DNA from: Octopus vulgaris | Taxonomy: Eukaryota | Assembly: GCA_951406725.2 (NCBI GenBank) | Contig: OX597838.1 | Coordinates: forward strand, 1,550,001 to 1,614,000 | DNA length: 64,000 bases | Reading direction: 5' to 3' | Shown here: piece after piece, positions 41,895-56,001 of the stretch | How positions within the stretch are numbered: the stretch's first letter is position 1 | Layout: the number at the start of each line of letters is the position of its first letter | The notes under the pieces: model-generated | What the model saw: only the letters and a program-made list of their open reading frames with translations | Told to the model about the DNA's origin: nothing | Databases searched by the model: none | Translations under genes and position numbers: made by a program

Positions 41895-42069
41895 TTGAGC
41901 AACCATTCTCTTTAATCGATATATATATATATACACGTGGTACCTTGGACAGGTTTTGTTTGCTCACGGCATTAAAATATCACCATGACGAAATATCGAT
42001 GACTGTCGATCCGAGAAAGGACCTGATGTCAATTGTCTCGCTCGCCTATGAATTACTTTCAAGTGTTTT

Positions 42070-42785
42070 TATTGGTTTGTCCGGAAAGTTCGTGCCAATT
42101 TATAGCAGCTTACCTTTCGACTTATTTTAGAATATGGTTGAGTCCATAAAATAAGATTTGACTACCCCTCCATTTACAGCACAATTTAAGCTATCTTTTC
42201 GTGGAAGAAGATTTACGTTCCTATAACCTGTGTTAATTCTGTAACCCTTTAAAATGGAAGATAAAGTTCATTTTCGGCACTTGATGCTTTTCTTTTTTCA
42301 TAAAGGGAAAATTGCCTCACAAGCAACCAAAGAAATATGCGCAGTTTACGGTGATGTTTCTTTATCCGAAAGAACTGTACGGAAGTGGTTCGCAAGGTTC
42401 CGAGCGGGAGATTGTAGCCTTATTGATAAAGAGCGATCAGGCAGAGCATCCAGTACAGATGATGACCAAATCAAGTCATTAATTGAGAATAACCCACATT
42501 GCACAACCCGAGAACTGGTAGGAAGCCTCAACCTATCAAAATCCGTCGTTCATGAGCACCTGGTAAAGCTTGAGTACACAAATCGCTACGATGTTTGGGT
42601 ACCACATGAGTTGAGTGAGAAGAACCTTTTGGATCGCATTTCCATCTGTGATTCGCTTTATAAACGGAATGAAAACGTGCCTTTTTTAAAGCAAATTGTG
42701 ACAGGTGATGAGAAATGGATTATCTACCGAAATGTTCAGAGAAAAGCGATCCTGGCGTAAGCGACATGAACCACCAGTCAAAGGC
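42070..42785 (+). mobile_element. Mariner transposon, 5' half (transposase 42254-42760, truncated)
   Basis: TA plus TIR TTGGTTTGTCCGGAAAGTTCGTGCCAATTT; HTH N-terminus, WVPHEL and TGDEKW motifs; frameshift near QRK, remainder of the catalytic domain missing. Confidence 0.92.
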
Positions 42786-43265
42786 CTGAAGAGCTCAGAA
42801 GCAGTCAACAGCCACCCGAAAATATGTGTACATGTGTATGCTTGCATGTAGCTATGAGACGTGGAAATACTTAGGTTGGTGTCCAGGCGCGCGGTTGGCT
42901 CGCTAGGAGTGGGAGGCCCCTATGTTGTGGTCACAACCTCTGTAGGAGTGGGAAACTCTGAAAGAAAACCTTCGACACTGACAGTATTCAATGATATGGA
43001 CTAGTTCTTCTTTTCGAGCTTATGATGTCCATGTTCAGAGAGTGGGACTGGATTTGTGCAAATCCTTTCCCCACAGTCAAAAAAATCCTCATGCACAGGC
43101 ATCGCTTGGGAAAAAAAGAAAAGAACATGGCTGATCGTAGCCCTCGCATGTGTGGGACTTTCGATAAGGCAATGACAATACTCGAACACGAGTTTGCAAC
43201 CACCATATATGTGTGTGTGTGTGTATACATTTGTATAAAGACATACTTCTTTCACCTCTTCTCCC

Positions 43266-43359
<94 letters not shown>

Positions 43360-43592
43360 CACACACACATATATGTGTGCATGTGTGTGTGCGTACTCAT
43401 GTGTCTATATGTGTGCGCGCGTGAATATTTGTTTACATCTTTTAGATCGATGAAATGATTAAAATATATTATCTTCCATTTGGAAAAGGAAATAAAGGTT
43501 TCTATCAGGAAGGGAAATTATGGAAAAAAGGGACTAAAACGAAAGAGAAAAAACATGAAGGTATATCTATATCTATGCACACACACACACAC

Positions 43593-43642
<50 letters not shown>

Positions 43643-43835
43643 GTATATGTATATATGTATATATGTACACACACACACATACATACGTACACACACACAC
43701 ATATACGCATATACATATACATATACATATACATACATACATATTTATATATATATATATACACACACATTAATTCACATATTTGTTTTCTGTGATTTAC
43801 CTTGCATTTATTTCGCATTGTTTTGGCCTTATCCA

Positions 43836-43886
<51 letters not shown>

Positions 43887-44369
43887 GGGGGGTGTATGTA
43901 TGTGTGTATGTATGTATACATACACGCACGCACACATATAGATATATACATACATATCGTTCACATAACATTTATATATAGGCTATCTTATGTGAACGAT
44001 ATGGCTTTGTAAACAAAAAAGTGTTTAATATTTAATTTCATATATATATTTATATATCTGTGTTTGTGTGTGGGGGGAGGGGGTGGTGGTGGTGGTGGTT
44101 GGGGGGTGTTTGTGCGGTTGAAATTGATAAACTAAATACAATTTACGATAACAAAAAAATTGCAGTTTTATTTTGGTTAAACAGCGTCTTAAGAGCAGAA
44201 GCGTTGAATGTTGGCTGCTTCACCGCCTCTCACTGTCACTCACTCCCACTCCGTTTGTTGTCCTACTCAGCTCTCTCTCTCTCTCTAGCCTGACCGACAG
44301 GTCACACATTGTGTTCTCTAATGTGTTGGAAATGCATAAATGATAGATAAATAGATAGACAAGAGTAAG

Positions 44370-44640
44370 ACTTTGGTGGGATGATCTGGAGAGAGGCAGA
44401 GGATATATCTGTACCATCACATGCGGCAGATAACTATGAGATGGGAGGCTGCGGGCTGACGTATGTGCGCACGATGTTCTTTGTTGGAGACTGCTATTGA
44501 GGCCATCGATCCTCTTTGTCAGCGTCTTGTTGAGGGAAAGCGGACCGACACAATGTACATACGGAGTTCCGTCTTCCGGGAGATAGAGCAGTGACGCCAA
44601 AGGGGCTTCCAAGCGGAATATATGACCTCGGCGGTCAGAT
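44370..44640 (-). mobile_element. RTE-clade LINE 3' fragment
   Basis: Minus strand LWRHCSISRKTELRMY..V..LNKTLTKRIDG and a later RWY..DHP-like segment resemble the RTE post-RT region. Confidence 0.6.
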
Positions 44641-45020
44641 CACATTCATAATAATCTCTTCTCTCGGACACTGGTCAATCAACTTTGTCTAGATCTCCAG
44701 CTTTACTAAATGTAGCATTACATCTTCCTACCTCGATCGTTAACTTATGAAACGATTTCTTTCTTAATTTTTCCTCACAATAAAACTCTAGCTGGATATT
44801 TTTGTGATTTAAAAGAGCAGCCATTTGTATGTTTAGCCATCTTAAATCATGTCTACTCAGAATTTATGATTTCGCTTGTAAAATGCTATCAACAGAGAAA
44901 AATTAGTGCTTCTGTAATTTATCGTTTCTTTAGTAGTTTTTGTTGCTAAAATGATTTTATGGAAAATGAATTCCAAGTATAAATCTTAAAAGAGAAAAAT
45001 ATCCAGTGTTAATCTCATTT

Positions 45021-45280
45021 GCCAGCGTTTCTGTTATTGACCCGGCCTCTCTGCTATGCAACAGAACAATAACCAATGTTATTCTCTTTTGCTAGAGTTT
45101 TTTGTTATTGACCCGGCCTCTCTGTTATACAACAGAACAATAACCAATGTTATTCTCTTGTGCAAGGGTCTCTGTTATTGACCCGGCCTCTCTGCTGTCC
45201 AACAGAACAATAACCAATGTTATTCTCTTCTGCTAGAGTTTCTGTTATTGACCCGGCCTTACTACTATACAACAGAACCA
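45021..45280. repeat. 70-71 bp minisatellite, about 3.7 copies
   Basis: GACCCGGCC at 45039, 45110, 45180 and 45250; AACAGAACAATAACCAATGTTATTCTCT is conserved. Confidence 0.9.
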
Positions 45281-47339
45281 TTCCAGTGGCCGTTGTGTAA
45301 AATTACAGTTGAAGTCTGTCTTTGAACCGTGCCAAATTTGCAAACTGTTGGCCATGTTATTGTAGCCTTATCAGCAAATATTCTCGCAGGAAGTTCTTAG
45401 ACAGGAAATTCCAGGTGAGTTGTCAGTGTGAAATAATTTGTAACAGTTCTGAAATCCAGTGATTTAGTCTAGCATCCTGGTGGCGAGGGAGAGGAGGTAG
45501 TTTGCAAATGTATTGACAGGGTGGCTGGCAGAAACATAGCAAAATATCAATTGTAATCTTAAACCTCATTGAGGATCGCATGTCAGAGAAAAAAGTTTTT
45601 CTTTAAATGTTCCAAAAATTCGCAGGAACTTGGAACCGACTGACTCTCTAAATATTGCAGCTCAAATATTTCTATAGAAATCAGTAGATGACGGTGGGGT
45701 GTCTGGGTGGTGAAAGAGGGCGACTATTGCAACAATAAGACTTACTATCATGATCACCACCACCACCACCATCACCGTCACCACCACCGCCGCCGCCGCC
45801 ATTATCAAGCTATTGAGTTACGTACACATACACCGGCGACTATGGAAAGTCAACAACAAGCAGCTTCAAACGACGTCAAAGAGTTGTTTAAGGTGAACAA
45901 GAAAAGTGGATTCGTCCACGTGGTCGCAAAAAATATCCAGCGAAACTCTTTCAAATCCCACCCTACCGTCCTGAGACGTCTTTAGTAATGTAATTCTGAA
46001 TTTGGAATGTCTAGGACGAGATGGCCATGAATAGAACGCCTTCGATCATAAGAGACAACAACAGCAGCGACAAATTTTGGACACTCATATCAACGGGGTC
46101 AGCAGGGTGGCGACGGTAGCAGTGGCAGCGGCAACGGTGGTGGTGGTGGTGGAAGCGGTGGCACATCGGCAGCAGCAGCAGCTGCAGCGACGGTGTTGGC
46201 AGTGGCGGGTCGGCGGCGGCGGCGGCAGTGTTGATGTTATTGGTGAAATATGAGCTGCTACTTTTTCAAAAGAAATCAATAATTTCAGAAGATTAAAAGC
46301 AAGGTTTGATCCTACGACCTCCGATTAACCACAAAGCCATAAACTATACATCTGAAAGTCTCCACTAACAACTTCATTTCTAAGATGCCCAGTCATATTA
46401 ACAAAGAAACGAACATATATAAATAAATAAAGATATCCTAGATTCAAATGAAAGCTTTCTTTTGGAATGTCACCGAAACATCATAATTCTTCATTTATCT
46501 GTCAGTTCAGATCCTTTTCAAAAGCTGTCTCCTCGTCGTTTTGAGGAATTGCACAAAATTAACATTTTTCAGTGGAGGAAGGATTGATTCACTGACATTG
46601 CTCTTGGCATCGGATAATTCTTTCACTACCATTCAATTATTTTATATCCAAGAAAGCACCAATTCTCCCCACAACACTTTACCGTTTTGTAGGCCATGCT
46701 TCAATGCTTCAATTGACCAAAGCAATTCGTTTCTGTCCATTTGCTTTGAGAATTTTTTAATTAAAGTTTTATATACCCCACACTGACATCTATGAATGAA
46801 TGTATGTATTTTTGTATCTATCTATCTATCTATCTCTGTCTATTTATCTCTATCTGTCTGTCTGTCTAACTGTCGGTCTGTCTGCCTGTATGTTTCTTTC
46901 TTCCTCTATCAAATAACTTTAATCGCTAACGGACATTTTCGACGTCACCCCTACTTTCCTCACTATTGCCATTATAACTACCATCACCACCGTCACCCCC
47001 CACCACCATCATCAGTACTACCACCATTGAACCCTAACGGTCACCCATAGCGCAACCATCTCCACGACGACGACGACGACGACCACCACCACCACCACCA
47101 CCACCGACGTATCCCTGCATCACCACTACCATTAGAACCCACTGCTCACGCCATGACCACTTCGACTACCACTATGATCCCTACTGTCAACATCACCATC
47201 ATCATTACTATCACCACGCGACCACGACCAATATAACCACCACCACCGCCACCAACACCACCACCACCACCACAACCACAACCACCAAACCACCACCACC
47301 ATCATCTTAGAATAGAGTTAGTTTGTCAAATCTCTCACA

Positions 47340-48080
47340 CCTCCATCTGCTATATATTTATATCAACTTTCTCCGGTTGTTATTTCGTAACACAGCTACA
47401 ATTTGCACATCATGAACGCCTCGATGCAGTCATACACCGAGATGTATTCATTCTTGGCTGAGGGGCAGCCTCTTGGAGCAAAATGTTTTGTTTACCCTTT
47501 TATATTCTTCACTGACTGAATATGTATTTGGTTTGATGACACATATTGGAACAAACGCATCTCAACTTAGGGTCTCCTGTATTTCTCAATATAGCCCCTC
47601 ACCATCGCTTATTTTCTCCCTGTTTAATGTTTTAAGCTATTCCCTATACAAGATCTATCCTTGTCATCATTTTATCTGCCGTCCTAGATTTTTATCAAAT
47701 CACAGTTCTATTCTTCTTCAACTTTACAAATCTCTGACATCAGCTTCTGTTTTGTGCTTATTGGCTTCCTTCAAGACAGAAAATACCATTTTGTTTTGCT
47801 CCATTCTGTACCTGTTTCTGCAAATTTGCCATAGTTCTTTAATATTTTTGGTATTTTATAGGAGATATTTTAAAATCGATTTTTAATTACGTAAGTTCCT
47901 GTATATCTGTATCTCAAATTGAAATTTTGTTGGTCACATTTGGGATTGTGTATTCTAAAAGCAGTTATTCCTAATTCATGTCACGCCGGAATGGAGCGCC
48001 TATTCTTCCGATTTCTCGTGAAATTTTCGAATTTCTGCAATTCTGTGTAATTTTCATTTTTAACATGAAGAAGACAAACC
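47340..48080 (-). mobile_element. Possible R4/Dong-like non-LTR remnant
   Basis: Minus strand near 47430-47490 gives a broken HI..GCP..A.NEYI..YD motif like the zinc knuckle before RLE endonucleases; heavily decayed. Confidence 0.35.
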
Positions 48081-48162
48081 AAGTGTCGAAATGTTGTTCA
48101 ATAAAAAAAAAACGTCAGTCTCTATTCTATTACATAATGCATCACACTTCTTTTTTTATTGT

Positions 48163-48203
<41 letters not shown>

Positions 48204-48846
48204 GGTTTCTTTACACGTGTTTGCGTCAGCTCACATACAGTTTTATTGTATTTTGGAAATAATTTATTTACAGCTGTTAATTTTTGTTAGAACTTTAAAT
48301 TAGGGCACTAATTCACAAGTGAAGAGGAGGGTAGGTAAACTGTGCTCTAAAGGGCTCAATTGTTGCTTTGTTTTCTGGTTCTTTCGTTTGGAAATCGTAG
48401 CGGTGTTAACCCCTTCAAACTGGAAGAATGTGCTCTTTTACAATGAGGCAGGCATTGGATGTTGATTAAGCAAAGTTTCTAACCAACACTTACAGGCAAC
48501 GAAGGTTTCTCAGCCAATTCTTCGAGTATTCTTTCTCTGCCAACACTTGACAATTCTACAATGGCTGCCACCAATTTTCTGTCGACATTCAATATTTCAG
48601 TCTTCAGCTCTCGTAAATATTTGCACACTTTATCAACCTATTTTACTGAGATGTGGTTATTATCATTTACTCAACACATACCAATTGGTCTACAACATCT
48701 GGATCACCACCCGACTCTCCACCCCACTCTCCTTTATAATGATGTCGCTCACTTTGTCTCGACTTTGATGTTTCATCACTCTTGCCTCTTTCATCTCCAG
48801 TCACTTGGCTCTTATCTTCTTTGATCTGCGCTCGACTCGCTCATTT

Positions 48847-49150
<304 letters not shown>

Positions 49151-49955
49151 GGGAGGTGGATGGTGAAATCGATAGAGTAGCGAATAAAGCATAAAAATAT
49201 AAATGGCCAGAGATTTTGGCAACGGACTTTATCGATTATATTGATTCCAATACTTGACTAATGATAATTTTATCAATCATTTTATATTAGAGAAATTGGT
49301 GTGCAATAGGGTCGTTAGTTGTCGTAAGTTAGCAACAGGGGAATAGTAGAACAATAACGTCGTGAGTTATAAGTTAGCAACGGGTCAATATGGATTGATC
49401 GCAATTTGCGGCGGCGAGTGCGAGCAGGATGCAAATGGGGTGGAACAGATATCACAAAATGCATTTATCTGAAAGCATCAATTAAATTAACAAGCATTTA
49501 GACATACACACACATGCATTATATACCATTATGAAACTACATACATACATACATACATACATACATACACACATACATACATACAGACAGACATACATGC
49601 ATACATTCATATATATATATATATATGTAAGTATACACACACGAAGATGCACACACAGACATATATTTACGTATACTTTGCTTGTGCGTAAGTGCGAATG
49701 TGCATGGGAGGATACGTATGTGTATGCACGTATGCATGTATGTATGTATGTATTATATGTATATACACACACATATAAACATATATATACATATATATTT
49801 ATAATATATATATATATATACATATACACACACATATATTGATGTATTTCGGAATGGTCATTTTTCTATTGTGCCAAATAACACACGCACTATATATATA
49901 TATCTTCTTCACTCGTTCATTACTGTTCTTAATATATCATTTTAATTCATATCTA

Positions 49956-50000
49956 TTTTCGGAAATCTTTCATCACACTTCTGTGACTTCTTCAGCGACA
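49956..50000 (-). ncRNA. Hammerhead ribozyme motif
   Basis: Minus strand TGTCG-CTGAAGA-A-GTCACA-GAAG-TGTGAT-GAAA-GAT-TTC-CGA. Confidence 0.7.
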
Positions 50001-50374
50001 CTTTTCGTTTTACACATACACAAACACAAACACAAGAAATTTCACGGTCGGCCACAACAATTTCAACAACACGATTAACAGCTACAGCAGCAGCGGCGGT
50101 AACAACGATGGCAATAACAACAATAACAACTACCACGATGGCAACACCGTGGGCGAACACACATACACAGAGGAATGCATATTTTCGGGTCCTGGGAGAG
50201 CAGCAGCACGGTAGGGTGAGGGGATGGGGCTGCTGAGGGGAAGGCCACACTGCTACAAAAAACTATGATACACACACAAGCATACACACACACACACACA
50301 GACACACACACGTATAAACAAGGACACAAACGCATGTGCATATAATGATAGACACCTTAGAAGAACAGAGTAAA

Positions 50375-50419
50375 TGTCGCTGAAGAGGTCACAGATGTGT
50401 GACGAAAAGTTTCCGGACA
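50375..50419 (+). ncRNA. Hammerhead ribozyme motif
   Basis: TGTCG-CTGAAGA-G-GTCACA-GATG-TGTGAC-GAAA-AGT-TTC-CGGACA: perfect 6-bp stem II, UUC cleavage triplet, stem I TGTCG/CG(G)ACA. Confidence 0.75.
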
Positions 50420-50540
50420 ATGGACATGAATTAAGATAATAAAATAAGAAGAGTAATGGACGAAGGAAGAAAAATATATATAGTGCGTGTGTTTATTTGG
50501 CGAAAAAAAAAATATATATGTATATATGTATATATGTATA

Positions 50541-50782
50541 CATACATACATGCATGCATGCATGCATGCATGCATACATACATACGTACATACATACGTA
50601 CATACATACGTACATACATACGTACATACATACATACATACATACATACATACATACGTACATACATACATACATACATACATACATACATACATACATA
50701 CATACATACATACATACATACATACATACATACATACATACATACATACATACATACATACATACATACATACATACATACA

Positions 50783-50810
<28 letters not shown>
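50541..50810. repeat. (TACA)n microsatellite
   Basis: About 270-bp run with TGCA/TACG variants. Confidence 0.95.
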
Positions 50811-50814
<4 letters not shown>

Positions 50815-50872
50815 AAGTGTGTTTGTATGCGCATGCACATCGTACACCCACTTTCTTCACTCAACAAATGAT

Positions 50873-50894
50873 ATTTTTCTTCTTTCTGTTGTAG
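50873..50894 (+). other. Splice acceptor of the CNG exon
   Basis: Pyrimidine tract TTTTTCTTCTTTCTGTTG then TAG at 50892-50894; the frame stays open from 50895 to the ATG at 50937. Confidence 0.75.
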
Positions 50895-50936
50895 GTTTGT
50901 CAAGACGAAATAGAAGGCAGAATCCAACCTCACAAA

Positions 50937-52048
50937 ATGGACGACAAACCAAAAGAAGGGTCAAATGCGGGACCCTTCACAGACAGAGCTGCAGGGAAAC
51001 CAAGTGAGGAATCTTCTGAGAAAGAACCCGATATCGATGCCGCGAAGCTTGAGAAAATCTCTCGTCTTTTGGCCAGAAAACGCGCCAACGCTGTGGCGGC
51101 TGCAGCGGCGGCAACTGCAGCAGCACAGGGTACACCATCAGGTGATAACGAGGCCTCTTCGAATGCGGCGGAACCGGCAGGTGGAACTCTATCGCATTGG
51201 TCGAAACTACGGACCACAGTTCAAATTGCAAGCGCCGTGAAACAACGATCGAAACGTCGCTACAATCACCACCGCCAGGATTCCTTCTTACGCAAGTTCT
51301 CGACTCGCAACAATAGCAACATCGATATGGAAAGTGATTCAGAAGACGAAGGTTTGGCTTTGCAAGTGGAACGCAAGGAAGAAGAGAAACGTAACCATCA
51401 CTACGTGCTTAGTCCCGAGGGAACGTTTATGATGTATTGGCTCTTCATGTTGACACTGGCTGTTCTTTATAACCTTTGGACGTGTATAGCGCGAGAGGCG
51501 TTCCAAGAAATACAACTTCAACACATAGCTCTTTGGACCAGCTTGGATGTCATTTGTGATGTCATCTACTTAACAGACATCGTCGTACAGTTCCGTACCG
51601 GATATTTAGAGCAAGGTTTACTCGTGTACGACTCGAAAAAACTCAGCAAAAACTATTACTCTTCATCAGACTTCCGTATGGACGTTGCATGTTTAGCCCC
51701 ATTAGACTTCTTACAGTTCGCCATTGGTTGGCATCCAATACTTCGTTTCCCACGCTTTCTCAAGGTATACAGGTCTTTAAGATGCAGTCATATGTTAGAA
51801 TCCCGGACGCCTTATCCTAACCTATTTCGGGTGGCAAATCTCACCCACATACTCTTCTTGGGTGCTCATTGGTTTGCAGCATTTTTTTACCTCATTTCGG
51901 AAGCGGAAAATTTCGTCGGAGACTGGACCTACCCTCAACCTGTTGGGGAGTACTCCTCGGTGACTCGGAAGTACCTATATTCACTGTTTTGGTCAACCCT
52001 GACGTTGACCACCATAGGAGATCTTCCTCCACCAACCACAAACTGGGA
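50937..52048 (+). CDS. Cyclic nucleotide-gated cation channel alpha-type subunit (invertebrate CNG-like), one exon: N-terminus, S1-S5 and pore
   Basis: LYNLW..I.R.AF, D.IYL.DI.VQFRTGYLEQGL.V.D.KKL, D..PLD, LRFPRFLK, E.RT.YPN.FR, HW.A..Y.IS, Y.YSL.WSTLTLTTIGDLPPP are CNG signatures. ATG in AAAATGG context; the ORF 'stop' is the donor GA|GTAAGT at 52049 (phase 2). Confidence 0.95.
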
Positions 52049-52176
52049 GTAAGTACCATATATACAATAATTACTCTTCTTTCTTTCATTTATCTATAAA
52101 TTTTATTTTCTCTTCCTCTTTATCATCTATCTATCTATATATCTGTTTGTTTGTCTGTCTGTCTCTTTTTCTGCCT

Positions 52177-52268
<92 letters not shown>

Positions 52269-52412
52269 TATGTACATACATACATTTTTAATACACTTTC
52301 TTCGTTCTATATCTGATATATTTGTTTATCTTGTTTCTGTTTGTTTTTCTGTCTAAACTATGCACACATGAACACGAAATACGAATAAACACACGAACAC
52401 AATCAATCCCAC

Positions 52413-52474
<62 letters not shown>

Positions 52475-52979
52475 ATATACAAACATTCATACACACACAC
52501 AAACACATATATATATATATATACACGCACATATATTTACACATTTATACATACAAAACCCATTGTCACAAATTACCCTCTTTTTACGCATTCATCTTTA
52601 ATGTTAGGAATTCTGTATAGATGCATTTTCTCTGATATCACATGCTCGTATGTGTACACAAGGGTGCATACACTTGCATACGAGCATAGATGCAGCGATA
52701 TAGCATATATCTATATGAAGTAGGCAACCGATCACCACCAGGTATACACACATAAATATGTTTATATATATACATTCACAACAACAACAACAACAACAAC
52801 AGCAATAGCAACATTGATAGAATTAACAGAATAAAGAACTCAATACATAAAGTTAAGCATTTATCTTTTAAGAGGTTTGTGAAATTCCGCCAAAAGTGAA
52901 AAGTTTCTTTAGATAAATTGTTGAAGATGTGAAGTTTATTTCCAGCATTATTTGGCCACTTCCACACTATCATAGGAAT

Positions 52980-53155
52980 ATGAAGACCTACCTCGATACA
53001 ATTTTTCTAAAACAGGTGGTCGAATAGAATATCCTTGGTGTTCACCGGAACTCAAAGCACTAAATCTCTTCTATGGGATTACTTAAAAGATTATATTGTA
53101 TGACACAAAAACGCAAACGGTCAACGAATTGAGGATAGCCATTGAACAAGAAACT
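52980..53155 (+). mobile_element. Tc1/mariner-superfamily transposase 3' remnant
   Basis: Broken GRIEYP..SPEL..L..LWDYLKD..Y.TK..TVNELRIAIEQE resembles the WPPRSPDL..DFFLWGYLK..VY block. Confidence 0.6.
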
Positions 53156-53243
53156 GGAAATAAGAAATGAAGTCAGATTAAAAATTTAACTATTTGTTTA
53201 CCATGAATATGTAACAAATGCAAGCGGTGAAGCTTTAGCATCG

Positions 53244-53283
<40 letters not shown>

Positions 53284-53459
53284 TTTGATACTTTGATAGG
53301 TTTCGGCCAGTATTGGCCCAAGCTATGCCTAACTTAAGACCACCACCTGGCATATATATGTATACTCACACACACACACATATATATATAATTATAAAAT
53401 AAAGGATAAAATCGTTAACAATTTTATCAGTGGCCGTATATATATAAAAAAAATATATA

Positions 53460-53715
53460 TCGTTGCTATAATTTTAAACTGCCATATGTTCAAATTTGGC
53501 CAAATGCGATTTTTTTTTTGTTGCAATATATATTTTTGCCTGCAATAGCTGGCTCTTTTGTTCAAACTATCGTATCTCCAGCTACTTCAGATGCCAAGAT
53601 ATCAAAAATTGTCAAAGTGTAGTACAAAGGTTTTGCTATGGAATGGTGAAACTAGTTTTTCGTTTTCTGAAAAAGCCACGTTTTGGAGATACGACATTTT
53701 GCATAACAGCAACGA
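53460..53715. mobile_element. MITE with imperfect TIRs of about 40 bp
   Basis: TCGTTGCTATAATTTTAAACTGCCATATGTTCAAA versus reverse complement of the right end TCGTTGCTGTTATGCAAAATGTCGTATCTCCAAA; related pieces at 31241-31286 and 31601-31745. Confidence 0.65.
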
Positions 53716-53724
53716 CATGTATGC

Positions 53725-53806
<82 letters not shown>

Positions 53807-54318
53807 ATGTATGTATGTGTATAAAATATATGTTCTTGTAATCACAAGTAATATTGGCATATGATAAAAGTGTGGTCAATACTTGAATATGAATTTTTTT
53901 GTAAACATTTTCATAAATAAATAGGATTATACAAAAAAAAAATGGTTATATAAAATGGATAACATTCGATTATATTAATTTGATATTTATTAACAACTAT
54001 TGGCAAGGACGAAAATACGATTGATTGAAGAAAGATATTGGAAACTGCTCAAAATTTAACCTCAAGTCGGTGATTGTGTTGGTTTGTGCTCCTTAGCAGA
54101 CCTTAGGGAAGATCAGTTTGAAATTTGTTTCTTTTCTTCTTTTTTTAATGAAAATTTTGTTGTTCGTAACTATGGTTTCATATTAACTTCATGTAAGGAA
54201 CACGCAGAGTTGAAAACGTCTATCAGATTGATCATGATATCGGAATCAATATTATTAAAGGAGAATTGATACGTGAATGTAGGAAAATAAATATAAATAA
54301 AATATACATATATATCTT

Positions 54319-54379
<61 letters not shown>

Positions 54380-54533
54380 GTGACATACACCTTCCATTTT
54401 CACAGTCACGTGGATGGGAATGTGATTGTGGAATTCATAAGATAAATATGCAATAAGCGCTTTTGATAAACTACATGTAGTAGTTTGTAAACAAACACTG
54501 AGTTCTGTTTTGCGATTGGTTTGCTTGAAATTA

Positions 54534-54845
<312 letters not shown>

Positions 54846-54989
54846 CTATATCTCTCTCTACACACATGGTGTACGTATTCTTATCCAAGATGGAGGTGAG
54901 TACCTACGTCCCCATCAGGCAGGCTTGATAATTGTTGACAGATCTCTCACAATATGAAGCCATTGGTAGCCTTGTTTCCTCAGCAGTTT

Positions 54990-55250
54990 GGCTTAGCTCC
55001 ATTTCTCTTAAAGTTCCGCAGGCTCGTACAAGGCTTAGCTTAAGTCAGCATATGTCATCATTGTTTGAACCCTCAACCAGGACTTTAAGAACACCATCGA
55101 AGTAATGTAGGAACTGGTCCGAGCAGTTGCTGCCTTAGCAAAAGCCATGTTGGACTCGATTCAGAAGATTCTCCTTCTTCAGGAAGTCAGTTATTCTTGG
55201 TCTCACCGCTATTTTAATTACTTTGGTGCTGTTGGAGGTGAGCGAGGGTT
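54990..55250 (-). mobile_element. CR1/L2-type LINE RT fragment
   Basis: Minus strand VRPRITDFLKKENLLNRVQHGF..GSNCSDQFLHYFDGVLKVLVEGSNND matches the QHGF..GRSC..QL RT region. Confidence 0.7.
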
Positions 55251-55430
55251 AACTGCGAGGCACTTGTTTCAATGTTTAAAGTCTAGGATGACAGATTGAG
55301 AACAAAAATATTTGAGCATATGACCAAGGATGTGTGTGAGAGAGTATGGGCTGGCGTGCGCGTGGGTGTGTCGCCTCACACAAATGAATTGTAAAATTTA
55401 AAATATCTGACAATCTCTCTGTCCGCCTGA

Positions 55431-55475
<45 letters not shown>

Positions 55476-55523
55476 CCTCTCTATATATATGCGTATACAT
55501 ACATATGTATACGCATACAAACA

Positions 55524-55565
<42 letters not shown>

Positions 55566-55814
55566 TATATAATATATAGATAGATATATATACACACATA
55601 TACATACATATACATATATTTATATATATAGCATGCATAATTACATAAATTTTCGATACACTGATGTGTAGGAAGACACACGGGTCTACAAAGACATGGA
55701 GAGTGTGTGTGTGTGAGAGAGAGAGAGATAGAGAGAGGGAGAGAGAGAGAAATAAAAGATAAAAGAGATAGATCGATAATTAAACTAATATATAGAAATA
55801 TAGTTTGGTCGGGA

Positions 55815-56001
<187 letters not shown>

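Larger units (their letters stand above)
49861..50510. mobile_element. Fold-back element with about 145-bp inverted ends, each carrying a hammerhead motif
   Basis: 49861-50005 is the reverse complement of 50371-50510 (GCCAAATAACACACGCACTATATAT / ATATATAGTGCGTGTGTTTATTTGGC); non-coding spacer of about 365 bp. Confidence 0.8.

Noticed and set aside
45021-45280. CRISPR-like appearance of conserved blocks with variable gaps
   Set aside because: The variable parts are short and homologous to each other, there are no cas genes, and the context is eukaryotic.
53290-53350. GGCCAGTATTGGCC hairpin next to minus-strand GAAAC
   Set aside because: No CTGANGA at the required position.
54860-54902. GAG|GTGAGT donor as a possible next CNG exon
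   Set aside because: The preceding sequence does not encode an S6-like segment and follows a microsatellite.
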